64,000 nucleotides of DNA from assembly GCF_030684315.1 (NCBI RefSeq), contig NC_081374.1:33516630-33580629 (forward strand), written 5' to 3'. Positions 1 through 10,770 of the stretch are shown in pieces. The translations under genes and the position numbers were made by a program. The DNA comes from Stegostoma tigrinum (taxonomy: Eukaryota). Below the pieces are notes generated by a model. The model was not told the DNA's origin. It was given only the letters and a program-made list of their open reading frames with translations, and ran no database searches. How positions within the stretch are numbered: the first letter of the stretch is position 1; each line of letters opens with the position of its first letter.

Positions 1-18
1 AAGCAAGCTCTAAGAAAC

Positions 19-121
19 AAAATCAAAGTTGCTGGAAAAGCTCAGATCTGGTAGCATCTGTGGAGGAGAAAACAGAGTTAATGTTTTGGGTCTGGTGACC
101 CTTCCTCAGAACTGGCTCTAG
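19..121 (-). mobile_element. PLE 3'-end fragment (second family) with degenerate HHR motif
   Basis: Minus strand reads ctgaggaagggtcaccagacccaaaacattaac, a decayed CTGAnGA..GAAA motif. Flanked by a perfect 12-bp direct repeat gctctaagaaac (7-18, 122-133). Confidence 0.7.
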
Positions 122-999
122 GCTCTAAGAAACCATTGGACAAGCTGTAAGAAGAATGCTTGAAGCTTTAATGTGAAAATAAGAAAAAAAAACAATATTT
201 TATCAGTTTGAAAATTGACTTTTTAAAAACTAGTATTTATTGATTTATTTTAAAGTGGAAATGGAAACTGTTAACACAGAATATGGTCTGAAGTGATGCC
301 CAAGACAAAATGGAATGAGTGAACAGACAATGGATATATTAACCAATAGGTTAATAGTGAATGATTGTACAATTAAGGAGACCCAGTAATCAGTCAGCAG
401 TGAGTTCTATGAGTGTGGTTAACTAAAAATAATGTTGTCAATAAAGTTGTGGACCTGAACCCTGTTGAAAAATATCTATCATCTTGTGTATAGCACAAGG
501 CAGCTTCGGATGGGCAATGAATGCTGGCTAGCCATTCACCTTTATAGTTCATGAATGAATTTGAAAAACAAGGTAGATTACCAAAAATCTGCTGTAGGCT
601 ATGTTCTTCCTATCTAAATAATCACACTCCTGTTATTCTAATCTCTAGTTTTGTTGCCAATATTTGCTTTTGCCAATTATTATGTACCTTTCAGTTTTGC
701 TATAATCAATATTTTCTTTAATCATTCCACAGGTTGCGGGTGCCCATAATATCAGCTTCATAAAATAAAGACATATCACAACCTTTCAGGTAGGCATTAT
801 ACCATTGGCAAGATTGCTTAAACCAACAATTATGAAATTCAGGAGAAAAGAAAAACATCTCTTTAATAGCAGGATGGCAAAATAATGGGGAAAAAAGATC
901 AACTTGTTCAAAATGTTATCAGCTCCAATTTTCTGGCCTCCTGTCAGTTTATATCTGCACAACGAAAGTGCTGTTTCAATAAGAAAGACCTAAAATACT

Positions 1000-2720
1000 T
1001 TATCAGTAGCTGGGACAATGCTAATGTACTATAAAGGGTGGATAATGAATGATAAATGGGCACTTGGATACTCATGATCTGATTAGTTAAAGAAAGCATG
1101 GATTTGTGAAGGGGAAATTGATCAACCCTTGTAATTTTTTAATGAGGATTTTATGAACAGAATTGATAAGGTATGTTTGCATTTTCAGAAGGTGATGATA
1201 AAGTCCCCCACAGGTTGGTTAGTAAAAACAAAGGCAGCCATGGATAAAATATTGATTAATACCTCTAGGCAGAAAACAGAGTATGAATAAGCAGGTAATT
1301 CTTGTGCTAATAGGCTGCAACTAGTTGCAAGGAACAGTACTTCGGCCCTGCCTATTCACAACATATATCAATGACTTGGATGTTAACCAAAATTGACATT
1401 TCTAAGCTTGAAAATGACAGGTAGGAATATGTTCTGTGGAAAAAGATGAAAATTGGCTTCAAAAGGAGTTGAGCGGAAGCAACATGTTAGATGATATATG
1501 TTTTGTGGAGTATATTGAAAGTTGTGTGATTAAGCTACAGCATAACAAGGATTTACAAATGCTAGAGCAATGAGCTAGCTTGCAGGTGCCTTTGAGGCGA
1601 AGAGAATCAGTTCAATGTAGATAAGTATGTGTCAAACAGTTTGCCTAGGTCTTGTGGTTAAGGTGTTGGGAATAGTTTTCGTGAACGTACTGTAGTATAT
1701 CATGGAAAAGGTTAACAGAAGGCACTGAACATTGTTTTTGGTATTGGGAGGATCGAGGTAAAAACAAGTGTAAAGAGTATGAAGACAACAGTTGAGACAG
1801 AGTTCTTAACTGGCAACCATTTAATTGAAACATGAAGCAATGAGGCTGGAAATTTTAATAGATTGTGGACTCATTCCTTATTTATTTGGAACCCAACATC
1901 TATGTGTGTATAGAGGCTGAAGTTTTCACATACCATTGATGTGAAAAATTGAGTATATCACTCTTGGAGGGAGGGGTAGATCTACAAAATAGTTCTTTTA
2001 AATGTTAGGAGTTTAAAAATTAGAGATGTACAAATGGGACATTGGTGTCTTTTTATCAGTTAGTCACTGAAGACTAACATACAGTTGGGGCAAGTAATTC
2101 GGAGCTGTAGTGGTATTTTAATATTGATTGTAAGAGGATTTTGAGTACAGTGGTAGTGAATTCTTTTCTAATATCTTGGACCCAGCCTAGAGTAGTGTGT
2201 GTGTGTGGCTCTGGTCTCTCATTATAAAAAAGATATTTTTGTCATGAAGGGATTATTGCTTCATCACTTGTTATTGGCACGGCAGAAGTGTCTTATGAAG
2301 AGAAGGTGCAAAAATTGGCCTTGTATTCCCCTGAGTTTCAAAGAATGTAAGTGTTCTCATTGAAACTTACAGAATACCAGAAGGGATAGACAGGGTAGAT
2401 GCAGAAAGGAATCTTCCACTGGCCAGTAAGTTTAAAACCAGGGGACACAATTTCAAAATAAAGACCACTTAAAATTGAGATGCAAATTCTTTCTGCTCAA
2501 AATATCATGAAAAAATGGAATTTCCTACTTCTGAATACAGTAGAGGCTCAATCTTTGTGTATATTTAGAGTAGAGATTGATAAGTTTCCAAATCCCATTC
2601 AGGCAAAAGGGTATGGGGATCCTATAGGTGAAAAGACATTGAAATGTTTGATCAGCTGTGATTGTCTTATGTCGTGGACCAAACAAGATGGACTGAATTG
2701 CCTTCTCCTGCCCTTCCATT
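1000..2720 (+). mobile_element. Old, degraded CR1-type LINE (RT to 3' UTR), interrupted at about 1510-1910 by another LINE 3' fragment
   Basis: Eroded CR1 ORF2 motifs (gcatggatttgtgaagggg, ttttcagaaggtgatgataaagtcccccacagg, gggatagacagggtagatgcag) and a CR1-like 3' end (ggactgaattgccttctcctg). No intact ORF; ends approximate. Confidence 0.65.
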
Positions 2721-3500
2721 CCATTGTTCGTGAAACATGTAAAAAGTTTTTAAACAATATGTTAACACATTTCAATTTTCTGTAAGAGTGCCTAACTTCA
2801 GTGGGAAAGAAATCTATTGTAGTTTACCTCTTGAGGGATCCTTTCAGGGCTTTGAGCTATTTCTTTATTTATAATTACATGGTGCCTTCCATGAGCATGT
2901 AAATGATACTTGTAACATCACGTAAGGTTTGCAAGTAGCTGTTAAAAATGTTTAGTTTGAATATTTAATTACTTTCTATTGAATCCCTTTGTTCTGAATA
3001 TCTAGCTAAGCACTGAATTGTAACTAATTATACTGATCACATCAGTAAGCAATCAATCAGGAGTTATTGAGCTGACCTTGTGCTTTATTATCAATAAACA
3101 TAGTCATTAACTCAGGGAGACTCAGCTGACTTGAGAATGTCAATATAACACCCACACATTAAATTCATCCTGACCAATTCCTACAATTGATTTTATCAAG
3201 TCTTGCTACTGGAATAATTTTGTGCATAAACAGAACTAAAGAAAACCATAGACATTCAATCCATAAATCTTTGGAATTTGCTGAATTTTTCAAATGGTTT
3301 CAACAGAAGCCTGTATGAGCATGTCATATGTCCCATAATGTCTGAAAACTGATTTTAACGGCTGCTGTTACAGGGAGAGTAACTAATTTTTCTTGATATG
3401 CTAAATAACATTCTACGAAAAGTTGCCTATTCAAAAGGTTATAAAATGTGAGGCTGGATGAACACAGCAGGCCAAGCAGCATCTCAGGAGCACAAAAGCT

Positions 3501-3528
3501 GACGTTTCGGGCCGAGACCCTTCATCAG
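3501..3528 (-). ncRNA. Minimal hammerhead ribozyme motif (mirror copy)
   Basis: Reverse complement of gacgtttcgggccgagacccttcatcag = CTGATGA-A-GGGTCTCGGCCC-GAAA-C-GTC. Confidence 0.7.
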
Positions 3529-3752
3529 AGAGGGGGATGGGGGGAGGGAACTGGAATAAATAGGGAGAGAGGGGGAGGCGGACCGAAGATGGAGAGTAAA
3601 GAAGATAGGTGGAGAAGGTGTGGGTGGGGAGGTAGGGAGGGGATAGGTCAGTCCAGGGAAGACGGACAGGTCAAGCAGGTGGGATGAGGTTAGTAGGTAG
3701 CTGGGGGTGCGGCTTGGGGTGGGAGGAAGGGATGGGTGAGAGGAAGAACCGG

Positions 3753-4992
3753 TTAGGGAGGCAGAGACAGGTTGGACTGGTTTTGGGATGCAGTGGGTGG
3801 GGGGGAAGAGCTGGGCTGGTTGTGTGGTGCAGTGGGGGGAGGGGATGAACTGGGCTGGTTTAGGGATGCAGTGGGGGAAGGGGAGATTTTGAAACTGGTG
3901 AAGTCCACATTGATACCATATGGCTGCAGGGTTCCCAGGCGGAATATGAGTTGCTGTTCCTGCAACCTTCGGGTGGCATCATTGTGGCAGTGCAGGAGGC
4001 CCATGATGGACATGTCATCAAGAGAATGGGAGGGGGAGTGGAAATGGTTTGCGACTGGGAGGTGCAGTTGTTTGTTGCGAACTGAGCGGAGGTGTTCTGC
4101 AAAGCGGTCCCCAAGCCTCCGCTTGGTTTCCCCAATGTAGAGAAAGCCGCACCGGGTACAGTGGATGCAGTATACCACATTGGCAGATGTGCAGGTGAAC
4201 CTCTGCTTAATGTGGAATGTCATCTTGGGGCCTGGGATGGGGGTGAGGGAGGAGGTGTGGGGACAAGTGTAGCATTTCCTGCGGTTGCAGGGGAAGGTGC
4301 CGGGTGTGGTGGGGTTGGAGGGCAGTGTGGAGCGAACAAGGGAGTCACGGAGAGAGTGGTCTCTCCGGAAAGCAGACAGGGGTGGGGATGGAAAAATGTC
4401 TTGGGTGGTGGGGTCGGATTGTAAATGGCGGAAGTGTCGGAGGATAATGCGTTGTATCCGGAGGTTGGTAGGGTGGTGTGTGAGAACGAGGGGGATCCTC
4501 TTGGGGCGGTTGTGGCGGGGGCGGGGTGTGAGGGATGTGTCGCGGGAAATGCGGGAGACGCGGTCAAGGGCGTTCTCAATCACCGTGGGGGGGAAGTTGC
4601 GGTCCTTAAAGAACTTGGACATCTGGGATGTGCGGGAGTGGAATGTCTTATCGTGGGAGCAGATGCGGCGGAGGCGGAGGAATTGGGAATAGGGGATGGA
4701 ATTTTTGCAGGAGGGTGGGTGGGAGGAGGTGTATTCTAGGTAGCTGTGGGAGTCGGTGGGCTTGAAATGGACATCAGTTACAAGCTGGTTGCCTGAGATG
4801 GAGACTGAGAGGTCCAGGAAGGTGAGGGATGTGCTGGAGATGGCCCAGGTGAACTGAAGGTTGGGGTGGAAGGTGTTGGTGAAGTGGATGAACTGTTCGA
4901 GCTCCTCTGGGGAGCAAGAGGCGGCGCCGATACAGTCATCAATGTACCGGAGGAAGAGGTGGGGTTTGGGGCCTGTGTAGGTGCGGAAGATG
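3753..4992 (-). pseudogene. 5'-truncated but uninterrupted PLE ORF: RT C-terminal half (LRYIDD), thumb, Cys-rich linker, GIY-YIG endonuclease (left arm)
   Basis: ORF 3753..5042 contains FLRYIDD, FLDLSV, KPTDSHSYL, CNRRKCYTC, NVVYCIHCTRCGFLYIGET.RRLGDRFAEH, PVANHF and LGTLQPYGIN. The annotated start lies in the junction, so it is not a real start. Confidence 0.92.
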
Positions 4993-5053
4993 AACAGTCC
5001 ATCTTCCGCACCTACACAGGCCGAACAGTCCATCTTCCGCACCTACACAGGCC
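4992..5053 (+). repeat. Perfect 31-bp tandem duplication at the palindrome centre
   Basis: gaacagtccatcttccgcacctacacaggcc at 4992-5022 and 5023-5053. Confidence 0.95.
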
Positions 5054-6270
5054 CCAAACCCCACCTCTTCCTCTGGTACATTGATGACTGTATCGGCGCC
5101 GCCTCTTGCTCCCCAGAGGAGCTCGAACAGTTCATCCACTTCACCAACACCTTCCACCCCAACCTTCAGTTCACCTGGGCCATCTCCAGCACATCCCTCA
5201 CCTTCCTGGACCTCTCAGTCTCCATCTCAGGCAACCAGCTTGTAACTGATGTCCATTTCAAGCCCACCGACTCCCACAGCTACCTAGAATACACCTCCTC
5301 CCACCCACCCTCCTGCAAAAATTCCATCCCCTATTCCCAATTCCTCCGCCTCCGCCGCATCTGCTCCCACGATAAGACATTCCACTCCCGCACATCCCAG
5401 ATGTCCAAGTTCTTTAAGGACCGCAACTTCCCCCCCACGGTGATTGAGAACGCCCTTGACCGCGTCTCCCGCATTTCCCGCGACACATCCCTCACACCCC
5501 GCCCCCGCCACAACCGCCCCAAGAGGATCCCCCTCGTTCTCACACACCACCCTACCAACCTCCGGATACAACGCATTATCCTCCGACACTTCCGCCATTT
5601 ACAATCCGACCCCACCACCCAAGACATTTTTCCATCCCCACCCCTGTCTGCTTTCCGGAGAGACCACTCTCTCCGTGACTCCCTTGTTCGCTCCACACTG
5701 CCCTCCAACCCCACCACACCCGGCACCTTCCCCTGCAACCGCAGGAAATGCTACACTTGTCCCCACACCTCCTCCCTCACCCCCATCCCAGGCCCCAAGA
5801 TGACATTCCACATTAAGCAGAGGTTCACCTGCACATCTGCCAATGTGGTATACTGCATCCACTGTACCCGGTGCGGCTTTCTCTACATTGGGGAAACCAA
5901 GCGGAGGCTTGGGGACCGCTTTGCAGAACACCTCCGCTCAGTTCGCAACAAACAACTGCACCTCCCAGTCGCAAACCATTTCCACTCCCCCTCCCATTCT
6001 CTTGATGACATGTCCATCATGGGCCTCCTGCACTGCCACAATGATGCCACCCGAAGGTTGCAGGAACAGCAACTCATATTCCGCCTGGGAACCCTGCAGC
6101 CATATGGTATCAATGTGGACTTCACCAGTTTCAAAATCTCCCCTTCCCCCACTGCATCCCTAAACCAGCCCAGTTCATCCCCTCCCCCCACTGCACCACA
6201 CAACCAGCCCAGCTCTTCCCCCCCACCCACTGCATCCCAAAACCAGTCCAACCTGTCTCTGCCTCCCTAA
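5023..6270 (+). pseudogene. 5'-truncated but uninterrupted PLE ORF (right arm), LWYIDD variant
   Basis: ORF 4981..6270 is identical to the left-arm protein from IFRTYTG onward except R>W before YIDD. RT motifs 1-4 are absent. Confidence 0.92.
6146..6262 (+). repeat. Three diverged ~39-bp tandem units at the PLE ORF C-terminus (mirror at about 3761-3877)
   Basis: Encodes PTASLNQPSSSPP / PTAPHNQPSSSPP / PTASQNQSNLSLP. Confidence 0.8.
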
Positions 6271-6494
6271 CCGGTTCTTCCTCTCACCCATCCCTTCCTC
6301 CCACCCCAAGCCGCACCCCCAGCTACCTACTAACCTCATCCCACCTGCTTGACCTGTCCGTCTTCCCTGGACTGACCTATCCCCTCCCTACCTCCCCACC
6401 CACACCTTCTCCACCTATCTTCTTTACTCTCCATCTTCGGTCCGCCTCCCCCTCTCTCCCTATTTATTCCAGTTCCCTCCCCCCATCCCCCTCT

Positions 6495-6522
6495 CTGATG
6501 AAGGGTCTCGGCCCGAAACGTC
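6495..6522 (+). ncRNA. Minimal hammerhead ribozyme motif in PLE 3' UTR/pseudo-LTR
   Basis: CUGAUGA core, stem II GGGU/GCCC, GAAA, palindromic AC-GU stem III, GUC cleavage triplet (predicted cut after 6522). Local stem I is only about 2 bp, so activity is unproven. HHRs in PLEs are established knowledge. Confidence 0.7.
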
Positions 6523-6959
6523 AGCTTTTGTGCTCCTGAGATGCTGCTTGGCCTGCTGTGTTCATCCAGCCTCACATTTTATTATCTTGGAATCTCCAGC
6601 ATCTGCAGTTCCCATTATCTCTGATACTATTCAAAAGGTTAACCAAGTATCTATGTATTTTAGAAGGAATTCCACCCAAAGTTTTATTAAAACAACTCCA
6701 TTCAAAACAGAACCTAAACTAGCATGACACACCCTGCCATAGTTTTGACTGGAATATTATTTGTGTGAATGAAACCCAATGATCTCTGCACGCCGATGTT
6801 GCAGCGAGACTTCCATTGGGTTGTGTTCTTAACCATCTTTAGTTGTTGTATCAACTGTATCGCTTTCATCACAAGGTCAGAACTGAGTATATTTGGTGAT
6901 GATTACATGATGTTCAGCACCATTTGCAGTTCACCCTGTGTTGAAAACGGGTTGTGTCC

Positions 6960-8890
6960 ATATCTATACTTTAGAGGGAAATCAGGAGGGCAAAAAGGAG
7001 ACATGAGATAACTTTGGTAAATCGCGTTAAGGAAAATCCAAAGGAATTCTACAAATACGTTCAGGACAAAAGAGTATCTAGAGAGAGAATAGCCCCCTTG
7101 AAGGTCAGCAAGGCTGCCATGTTGTGGAACCTCAGGAGATGGGAGAGATAGAGATACTGAACAGGTATTTTGCATCATTGTTTACTGTGCAGAGGATATG
7201 GAAGATAAAGAGTGAGGGAAAATAAATAGTAATGTCTTGATAAATGTCCATATTTCAGAGGAGGAGATGCTGGATGTCTTAAAATGCATAAAGGTGGATA
7301 ATCCCTGGGACCTGATCTGGGGTACTCTGGAACTCTATGGGGCACTAGGGAAGTGATTGTTTGGTCCCTTGCTGAGCGGTTTGTATCATTGATAGCCACA
7401 GATGAGGTGCTGGAAGACTGGAGGTTGGCTAATGCAGTGCCATTACTTAAGGACGATGGGATGGAAAAGCCAGGTAATAGTCAGCGGTTGAGCTTGACAT
7501 CAGCAGTAGGCACGTTATTGGAGTAGATACTGAGGGACAGGGTTTACATGTATTTCAAAAGACAAGGACTGATTGGGGATAGTCAACATGTGTTTGTGTG
7601 TGAGAAAACGTTTTCTTACTCACTTGATTAAGTTGTTTTTTGATGAAGTAGAAGAAGATTGACAAAGTAAAGTGGTAGATGTGATTTATATGGACTTCAG
7701 GAAGACGTTCAACAAGGTTTCTCATGGTAGACTGATTGGCAACGTTATATCAAGTGGTATACAGGGCAGACTAAACATTTGGATACAGAACTGGCTCAAA
7801 TATAAGAGACAGAGGGTAGTGTTGGAGGGTTGTTTTTCAGGTTGTTGATCAGATGGGCCATGGGCCGAGGAGTGACATTTGGAGCTTAATCTCGATAAAT
7901 GTGAGGTGCTGCATTTTGGAAAGGCAAATCTGGGCAGAACTTGTACACTTAATGACAAGTCCAAGAGAGAGTTGCTGAACAAAGAAGTACAGGTTCATTG
8001 TTCCTTGAAAATGGAGCCCCAGGCAGTCAGCACAGTGAAGAATGCATTTGGCATGAGATAATGGGAACTGCAGATGCCGGAGAATCCAAGATAACAAAGT
8101 GTGAAGCTGGATGAACACAGCAGGTCAAGCAGCATCTCAGGAGTGCAAAAGCTGACGTTTCAGGCCTAGACCCTTCATCAGAGAGGGTGATGAAGGGTCT
8201 AGCCCGAAACGTCAGCTTTTGCGCTCCTGAGAAGCTGCTTGACCTGCTGTGTTCATCCAGCTTCACACTTTGTTATCAAGGCATTTGGTATGTTTGCCTT
8301 TATTGGTCAGTGCAATGAGTATGGGAGTTGGGAGATCATATTGCAGCCATACATGGCATTGGTTAGGCCACTTTCAGAGTACTGTATTCAGTTCTGATCT
8401 TCCTCCTATAGGAAGGAGTTGTAAAGGTTGAAAAAGTTCAGAAAAGATTTCCAAGAATGTTGCCAGTGTTGGAGGGTTTGATCTATAGAGAGCGGCTGGG
8501 GTTATTTTGCCTCAAGCATCGGAGGCTGAGAAGTGACCCTATAGAGGTGTATAAAATCATAAGGGGCTTAGATAGGGTGAATAGCCAAGGATTTTTCGCT
8601 GGGGTAGGGGAGTCTAAAACTAGGGCATAGGTTTAAGGTGCAAGGAGAAAGATTTAAAGGGAAGCAAAGGGGGCATTTTTTTTTCAGTGGTGCGTGTATA
8701 GAACGAGCTACCAGAGAAAGTGATTGATGCTGGTACAATTACAACATTTAAAAGGCATCTGGATGGGCATAATAGAGAGATTTTAGGGGATATGGGCAAA
8801 ATGCTGGCAAATGGGACTAGATGAATTTAAGATATCTAGAGAGCATGGATGAGTTGGACTGAAGGGCCTGTTTTCATGTGACACAGCTGT
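6960..8890 (+). mobile_element. CR1-type LINE ORF2 relic (RT to 3' UTR)
   Basis: KENPK.FY (aaggaaaatccaaaggaattctac), PGPD, YMDF.K.F.KV, WIQNWL, KCEVLHFGK and a 3' UTR ggactgaagggcctgtt. Frameshifted, with an internal deletion near 7845. Confidence 0.9.
8056..8277. mobile_element. Miniature fold-back PLE 3'-end insertion
   Basis: Arms at about 8090-8179 and 8188-8277, 34-nt tail on the left (8056-8089). TSD aatgcatttggcatg (8041-8055) / aaggcatttggtatg (8278-8292). Confidence 0.9.
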
Positions 8891-10669
8891 ATCGTTGTTG
8901 GTGATAAGACCTTAACAACTTTTGTGTTTTGGCTGATAAGTGGTAAATAACATATGTCTCCACACAATGTGCCAGGTAATAGCAATATCGAGAAAAGAAT
9001 CAAGCAATCTCCCCTTGAAGTTCAATGAAATTGTTAATGCTGAATTTCCCTCAACAAACCAGGCCTGTCATTTGATTAGAAACTGTTAGAACAGCATTTC
9101 CTCTGGATCCAAGACCAGATCAGATGCTGGGGATTCTACAATTAATAATTTCTCTCCTAACGTCCCGAAGTCTGTAAGGACAGTTTAGGAATACACCTCA
9201 TTGCCCAAAGTGGCCCAACAATAGTCAAGAGACTCAATACTCTTCTGATCAAACCAGCCCACGTAATTAGCATTCCATTTCTTTAACATTCACTCCCTTT
9301 ACCAACACAAAATGATTGGTGTATGTATCATGCACTAGACAGCACATCTTGCAATGACATCATTAACAGCACCTTCCCAATCTGCAATCTCTTCCCACCT
9401 AGAAAGACAAGAGTAGCTGATGCATTGGAACACCTGCAAATTTACCACAAGGTCATCCAATAATCTGACTTGGAACAGAATTGTTCCTTCACTGTCCCTA
9501 CATCAAAAAGAAATCAACTACCTTCCTAAAAGCACGATGGTGTGTCTTTTTAGTTGAAGAAAGCAGCTCACCATCACCTCATTTGGTGATGTGCATCAAC
9601 CATTGGCCTTGCTTGTGATGTTCACAAACTTTGAATAAATTATAACAAAGATCAGTTGAAGTCAATACTTAAATTAATTTATTTCATGTATGACCCACAT
9701 GCTGACCGGCACTCAATTCCTGGAAACAATATTTGATTTAGCTGTTTAGTCCCCATTTCCATTTCTTGCATTGAAATGGTGCCAGCGCTGATAACACTGA
9801 TTTCAAAAGTCAGTTTGCATGTCTTCTCATAATTCAATGCTAATAAAACCAGTGAATTTGTTTAGCATAGAGTTCATGTTGTCAAAGGCTCTCTGCCTTT
9901 TTTTGTCCATTCAAATGTTTTGCCTTTCTTCAATAATTTTGACCAAGATGCCTTTACAGTGTTGCAGTTTGGAACAAATGTCAGATAAGCTCTACTCTTG
10001 CCAATATGTACTTTTTAAAAAAAACCTTTTGTCTTAAGCTCAAGAAACTCTAAAGAAGGCCCTATTTTCATTTCTTTAGGATCTATTTGAAGTTGCCTCA
10101 CTTTAAAACCAGATTTGTGATCAAATTGGCTCTTGTAACCAAACAGTTCATTTAAAGTGGTATAAATGTCCATCTTAATTTTGACCGAACAGACCCATGC
10201 CATTGATGCAGACAATGCAATTATGCAATCCTTCAAAACTTTGGTCAACAATTAGAAAATTGCTTGGCACCTTTATTCCAAAGAGACACTGTACATTGAT
10301 TAAAATCCATCTAATATTAGAAAAAACTGATTCATTTGGCTATACCAGTCGATGCAACTTATGAGTATACTTTTAACAAATTAAATTTTGTGACAATTCA
10401 CCAAGCTTTTCAATGCGGGCTTCCAGTTGTAGAATCGGATAACAGTCCACTCATGTTGCCATATGGACTTTGTAATAATCAATGCATAATATTTGGGGAA
10501 TCATTCATTTTCAGCACCATTATGATAGGCTGCTCTGATGACTGTAACTCAGTTTAATTGTGAACATGGTCCATCATGATCTTAATCACTTCCTTCTCCT
10601 GAGCTAACCTCTCTCTGGATTGAGTGTATAGAATATTGTTTTATGGGTAACACAACCTTTACGTTAACA

Positions 10670-10770
10670 TAAAATAAAACATGAGCTGCGGATGTTGAAG
10701 ATCTGAAACAAAAACAAAAATCACTAGAGAAACTCAGCAGATCTGGCAGCATCTGTGGAGGGGGAAGCAT
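10670..10770 (-). mobile_element. PLE 3'-tail fragment (second family)
   Basis: gctgcggatgttgaagatctgaaacaaaaac...aaactcagcagatctggcagcatctgtggag, similar to 19-121 and 37207-37345. Confidence 0.65.

Larger units (their letters stand above)
3441..6626. mobile_element. Young fold-back (head-to-head inverted) Penelope-like retroelement insertion
   Basis: 3441-4992 is the reverse complement of 5031-6582 (coordinates sum to 10023). The right arm carries an extra 44-nt tail (6583-6626). TSD ctattcaaaaggtt(a) at 3427-3440/1 and 6627-6640/1. Confidence 0.95.
6800..9650 (+). mobile_element. Old CR1/L2-group LINE 3' portion, split into about 6800-6940 and 8900-9650 by a younger CR1
   Basis: accatctttagttgttgtatcaac...tttggtgatgatt (FADD-like) continues after 8900 as ggctgataagtggtaaataaca...ccttgaagttcaatg. 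The same family occurs at 43580-46940 and 33800-34300. Confidence 0.65.

Noticed and set aside
3448-3687. Recurrent small ORFs such as MRLDEHSRPSSISGAQKLTF and MFIQLHTLLS (also at 8027, 47820, 47888, 53170)
   Set aside because: They are translations of the PLE 3' UTR in either orientation, not a host peptide family.
3772-6251. Many mirrored overlapping ORFs (104-135 aa)
   Set aside because: These are alternative-frame or antisense shadows of the C-rich PLE ORF, duplicated by the palindrome.
3753-6270. Two 429-aa ORFs as functional genes or an autonomous element
   Set aside because: Both begin in the fold-back junction with GTG-type starts and lack RT motifs 1-4; they are truncated copies.
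3441-6626. Palindrome as an assembly or fold-back read artefact
   Set aside because: Unique flanks, a clean TSD, a one-sided tail, a CpG mismatch and matching miniature structures elsewhere argue that it is real. Read-level confirmation is still needed.
8056-8277. Mini palindromes as MITEs or DNA transposons with terminal inverted repeats
   Set aside because: Each copy has a different centre and arm length, the ends are asymmetric, TSDs are 12-15 bp, and the sequence is the PLE 3' UTR.
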